From a bacterium (GTDB lineage: Bacteria > UBA8248), in the NCBI GenBank assembly GCA_965221165.1, contig CBDCRP010000003.1:1952001-2016000 (forward strand): a stretch of DNA of 64,000 bases, written 5' to 3'. Below are positions 59,881 to 64,000 of the stretch, in pieces. The translations under genes and the position numbers were made by a program. The notes beneath the pieces were generated by a model. The model was not told the origin of the DNA. It ran no database searches and saw only the letters and a program-made list of their open reading frames with translations. How positions within the stretch are numbered: position 1 is the first letter of the stretch; each line of letters starts with the position of its first letter.

Positions 59881-61257
59881 TTAAAGTTTTGCTTCCGCGT
59901 GCGAACCTATTCCTCTTCGGCGGCTCCAAACAAAAAACCAAACCAAAAGACATACACCTCCCATAAAATGACTTATCGTCATCGCGCCCCACACACCTGC
60001 GGCACCGAACTCCAATGGCAGGGCGGCCATATATGCAAGTGGTATCTGAAAACCCCATCGGATGAAGGCCTCTACAATCATCGGTGGCTTTGTGTTGGCC
60101 GCTCCTTGAAAAGCGCCTGCCAACATTCGCCGAATAGCCTCAAATAAAGCGCCGATAGTAAGTATCCGGACACAAATGACGCCAATGTCGATTCCCTCGC
60201 CTCTCATCCCGAAGATTAAAACAATTTCCCGGGCGTAAAAATAGAAAAGAATTGTCACGCCACACATCATGACAAATAAGCCAGCCATGGCGAGGTGCAC
60301 GCTTTTTAGCGCCCGTTCCGGCAGATTGGCACCTACATTTTGCCCCACCATCGTCCGTACGGCGGACTGAATACCAAAGCCGGGCAACCGAGAAACTGTC
60401 CCGAGTCGATTGCCGATCGCCCATGCGGCCAGTACCAATGGGCCAAACGACGCCAAAATCTTCAGCAAGATAAGAATAGCGCCTCGCTCAAGTATATTTT
60501 GCGCCGCCGCCGGCCAACCCAAAAAAATGATGCGGCGCATGGTCTCTGCATGGGGCTTGAGATGAAGCAACCTTATACGGAGGCGGGAACGCCCTGATGT
60601 CAAAATCCATAAGACGACAAAAATTCCAATGATACGACCTAATCCAATACCAAAAGCTGAACCCGGAAGCCCCAATCCCGGGAACGGCCCCAAACCAAAA
60701 ATGAAGAGGGGAATAAAAGTGATAGACATAAACGTCGAAATTCCAAGAGCAATCAAGGACTTTCCTGGTTCGCCAGCCGCCTTCAACTGATGGGAGACCG
60801 TAAAAATGCCATCTACGAACGCTATGGTGAGAAACGATGCCTGTAAATACCCAACGCCCACTCGTATCACGGCAACGTCAGAGGTTAAAAGGCCAAGCAA
60901 AGGCGCTGATAACATACAACCTAGAATACTAATAGTGAAGTAATATCCGCCCGCAAGTAAAAAAGCTTGTCCTGCCGCATAGCTTGCGCTCTCAGGTTCT
61001 CCCGCCCCGATTCTCTGAGCCACCAAAGCGCTGCTCGCGATTCTGATGCCAAAGCCAACTGCGCGAAAAAAGAATATGATCATGAAGCTTAATGACACGG
61101 CAGCCAAATATTCGGGACCCAAGCGACCCACCCAAAAGATTTCGACCAGCGTATCGGCGTTCCAGGCTATCGGCTCCAAGCATGAAGGAACAGCCAGGCG
61201 AAATAATCCAACTCCGATAGAACCTTTTGTATAGTCATATCTTTTTATGGCACTCAT
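59881..61257 (-). CDS. MATE family efflux transporter
   Basis: VGRLG, VAQRIGA, GEP, VGQNVGA; about 12 TM helices. Confidence 0.9.
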   Translation of the reverse strand: MSAIKRYDYTKGSIGVGLFRLAVPSCLEPIAWNADTLVEIFWVGRLGPEYLAAVSLSFMIIFFFRAVGFGIRIASSALVAQRIGAGEPESASYAAGQAFLLAGGYYFTISILGCMLSAPLLGLLTSDVAVIRVGVGYLQASFLTIAFVDGIFTVSHQLKAAGEPGKSLIALGISTFMSITFIPLFIFGLGPFPGLGLPGSAFGIGLGRIIGIFVVLWILTSGRSRLRIRLLHLKPHAETMRRIIFLGWPAAAQNILERGAILILLKILASFGPLVLAAWAIGNRLGTVSRLPGFGIQSAVRTMVGQNVGANLPERALKSVHLAMAGLFVMMCGVTILFYFYAREIVLIFGMRGEGIDIGVICVRILTIGALFEAIRRMLAGAFQGAANTKPPMIVEAFIRWGFQIPLAYMAALPLEFGAAGVWGAMTISHFMGGVCLLVWFFVWSRRRGIGSHAEAKL

Positions 61258-62438
61258 GTAGAATGGCGTTCAATCCTTGATGACGCTCCTTCAAATATTC
61301 CCGCTACTACACGTCTTATGGCTTCAAACCCAAGACCTACGCACATTATTTGCAAACAAATAACTGCGTGGGGCAAGGCTGCACCTTTCACTCCGAAAAA
61401 AGAAACGACTTCTTTGGTCCAAATACCAAAACTGGTGATGACAACAACCATGATCGAAACAACCGCCCTCACTGTTACCCAAGCACTGCGTATCGCTCGC
61501 TCGGGCTTATTCGCGCCGATGTTTTGGCCCACCATTGTCCGCACTGCCCCTTGGAGGGAAAACCCGGGCATTCTTCCCATGTTGTTGACACGGCTACCAA
61601 GACCCCATGCCGCGAGGGCCAAAGCGCCAAACGGAGCAAGCATCCACACCAATACCAAGTTAGCGCCTCTCTCAAAAAACATCTGTCCCCAAGCGGGCCA
61701 CCCTAACTGCAATATACGCTTCATCTCTAAAGAGTGTGGAGCAAGGTGCCTACATTTCAGATGTATTCTAGCATTTCCCTTAAAAAGAATGAGTAACATG
61801 ACAACGGAACCAGTTAGCCTGCCCACGCCTAAGCCAAGATATACGCCAGACAGGTGTAACGGAGGAATCGGCCCAAATCCAAAAATAAGGGCAGGCATAG
61901 TTATGAACGTAACACATGAATTGATGATCATGCCGAAAAGTGAATACTTAGGCTCACCAGCACCCCGAAATATATTCGCAAGTGTGAATATGCCATCTAT
62001 GAACAAAAGCACGACAAACCCGGCGCGAAGATAGCTTGTCGCCAAATGCAAAAGCCGCGCGTCAGACGTCATCCATTTCATCAAATAAGGCGCAAGTACA
62101 TATCCCACAACACACAAGGGAACGAAGAGAAGCGTTTGAAGCAAAATACATTGGCCTGCGATAAAAGCAGCTCCTTCTTCGTCATCCGCGCCAATTCTTT
62201 GCGCAACCAGCGCTTGGCCCGCTACACGAATTCCCATACCCACAGCTCTCACCATCATGGGGATCATAAATCCTAATGACATCGCTCCTAGCGCACTCGA
62301 GCCCAATTGGCCCACCCAGTAGATTTCAACGATGGTATCGATGTTCCAAGATATCAATTCTGCGAAAATTGGCAGGGAGAGCACCACTAAACCTCGCCCG
62401 ATAGGGCCTTTGGTGTAATCATATCTTTTGGTTTCCAT
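61254..62438 (-). CDS. MATE family transporter, C-terminally truncated paralog
   Basis: Collinear with the downstream MATE but ends at FEGASSRIERHST (394 aa vs 458 aa). Confidence 0.8.
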   Translation of the reverse strand: METKRYDYTKGPIGRGLVVLSLPIFAELISWNIDTIVEIYWVGQLGSSALGAMSLGFMIPMMVRAVGMGIRVAGQALVAQRIGADDEEGAAFIAGQCILLQTLLFVPLCVVGYVLAPYLMKWMTSDARLLHLATSYLRAGFVVLLFIDGIFTLANIFRGAGEPKYSLFGMIINSCVTFITMPALIFGFGPIPPLHLSGVYLGLGVGRLTGSVVMLLILFKGNARIHLKCRHLAPHSLEMKRILQLGWPAWGQMFFERGANLVLVWMLAPFGALALAAWGLGSRVNNMGRMPGFSLQGAVRTMVGQNIGANKPERAIRSAWVTVRAVVSIMVVVITSFGIWTKEVVSFFGVKGAALPHAVICLQIMCVGLGFEAIRRVVAGIFEGASSRIERHST

Positions 62439-62607
62439 TCACAAACGAGCCATGCATAAACCTTATCCCAAGGAAAATAAAGCAGGTGTCTCGGCTTGTT
62501 GAGCGGGCAGGTTTTCTTGGAGGGCTGGAAAGTTTTCGCTCCACAAGATAGATTTGTTCCTAAACGATGGATATACCCTCAATACAATCGGAGTGTTCGG
62601 CGCATCT

Positions 62608-63387
62608 ATGCTCGAATTCATAGAAAAAACCCTGAAAGATGCGGGCAAGTTGGCTTTGTCATTCGCAAGCAATGCCAAAGGCGTCCAAAAACGAGACCGG
62701 AGTTTGGTGAGCGAAGCCGATTTTGAAGTAGAAAGATTCATCATTTCTCGTCTAAAAACATTTTTCCCGAACGACAATGTTATTGGAGAAGAACTCGGGG
62801 GCAAAGAGGCTCGATTTCAAAAGCGTTCGCGTCTTTGGGCGGTTGATCCCATTGATGGAACAAATCCTTTTCTTCATGGACTGCCCACCTGGGGCATATC
62901 CATTGGCATCATGGAAAATGGGAAACCCATTGCCGGAGGATTCTACATGCCCGTTGTACATGAGATGTTTCTTGCCCTCGAAGGAGGAGGCGCCACGAGA
63001 AACGGGAAAACGCTTCCACGCCTAGAAGGTATGGAAATTACGAATCAAACCGTGATGCTTGGCCCTTCATCTCGAAAACGTTTTTACAAAATGGATTATC
63101 CAGGAAAATCCGTCGCTTATGGAAGCGCCTCCGCACATGTGGCATATGCAGCAACCGGAGGCATCATCGTCGCCTTGGTCGATAGGCCTCAAATTTGGGA
63201 TATCTTAGGCCCTCTCGCCGTATTACAAGAAGTGGGAGGAGGCGCATATCATCCAGATGGCCACTCTCTTGATCTCCAAAAACTCGCGAATGGCGAAAAA
63301 GCTGAAGGACCCATCTTTTTTGGCCTAAAAGAAAATACGGAAAAAATATTTCCTCATATCGAAGTGTACCCTAGGCCCAAATCTTAA
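62608..63387 (+). CDS. Inositol monophosphatase family protein
   Basis: GEE, WAVDPIDGT, GSA, WD. Confidence 0.9.
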   Translation: MLEFIEKTLKDAGKLALSFASNAKGVQKRDRSLVSEADFEVERFIISRLKTFFPNDNVIGEELGGKEARFQKRSRLWAVDPIDGTNPFLHGLPTWGISIGIMENGKPIAGGFYMPVVHEMFLALEGGGATRNGKTLPRLEGMEITNQTVMLGPSSRKRFYKMDYPGKSVAYGSASAHVAYAATGGIIVALVDRPQIWDILGPLAVLQEVGGGAYHPDGHSLDLQKLANGEKAEGPIFFGLKENTEKIFPHIEVYPRPKS

Positions 63388-63389
63388 TT

Positions 63390-64000
63390 TTACCCCTGAA
63401 ACCCCGTTCCGAAAACACTTTTCATCAAGTTCCCTTCACCAAAGCGTGCAAGACGATAGTCCCTTGTGTCAGGCTCTTCGCAAATTCCCGTCATAATAAA
63501 CTCCGCCATCATCTCCCCCACGGGCGGGCGCCAATTTGAAACCATGGCCGCTCATCCCGGTGCAAATGTAGTACCCTGGCACTTCCGGGTGTCGATCCAG
63601 AATGGGCATCCAATCAGGCGTAATGCAGTATAAACAGCCCCAGCCTCGGAAGAGTTTCGCATTTTTAAAATCCGGCCAGCGTTTTTGCATTCTCTCTAGA
63701 ACATCAAGCACAAATTCCATATCTTCTTTTTTATTGAAATTGTCAGGATCCACATATTCAGGCTCTATATTGTCACGTCCGATGAGGAGCAAATTTCGCC
63801 CTTCCGGGCGGTAATATAAGCGTGTCGGGCCATCATAAACGACGATCTCAACCCTCTCTCCATTTTTACCCACAGCATCAAAGACCGTGTCTTGCTCTCT
63901 AATGGCCTCCGCTGGAAATCGGTACCCGCTCAGAGCGGCCACCTTGTTCACCCAAGCACCCGAAGCATTCACAACGACCGGGATCTCGATAACATCCCGA
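63390..64000 (-). CDS. FAD-dependent oxidoreductase (DAO/sarcosine oxidase beta-like), 5' partial, frameshifted near the 3' end
   Basis: VVNASGAW, TPDWMPIL, GMSGHGFKLAPA; the natural continuation VGEMMAEF lies in another frame. Confidence 0.8.

Overview
Bacterial chromosomal window, probably from an environmental or host-associated lineage (lineage not determinable from the sequence alone), made up mostly of housekeeping genes. From left to right it holds: a sodium:solute symporter/TPR/small-membrane-protein cluster; an AT-rich islet 3' of tRNA-Arg(ACG) with a Panacea antitoxin, a probable toxin stump and a lone Mrr N-terminal domain; a large A1-type cytochrome c oxidase operon with heme a/o synthases and accessory genes; proA and rimK; a sigma54-driven small-protein/USP unit; cbtA with two VOC genes; a GAF sigma54 activator; and hemW. 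A second AT-rich islet follows, carrying an intact Panacea plus PemK/MazF-like toxin-antitoxin pair next to a tRNA-like element with a miniature D-arm. The rest contains rqcH, yicC-gmk-coaBC-udg, a divergent pyrF, rarA, GTAG-type REPs, ridA-purE-tsaC, thrC-PTPS-SDR, dnaN without dnaA, tupABC, nadAC, an MscS channel, tandem MATEs and a partial FAD oxidoreductase. GC content visibly falls after about 37 kb. Best candidate for an undescribed system: the Panacea TA pair plus adjacent tRNA mimic. Several small lesions (a 26-bp tandem duplication, a frameshift, truncations) are also visible. Family calls come from recognised motifs, not database searches.
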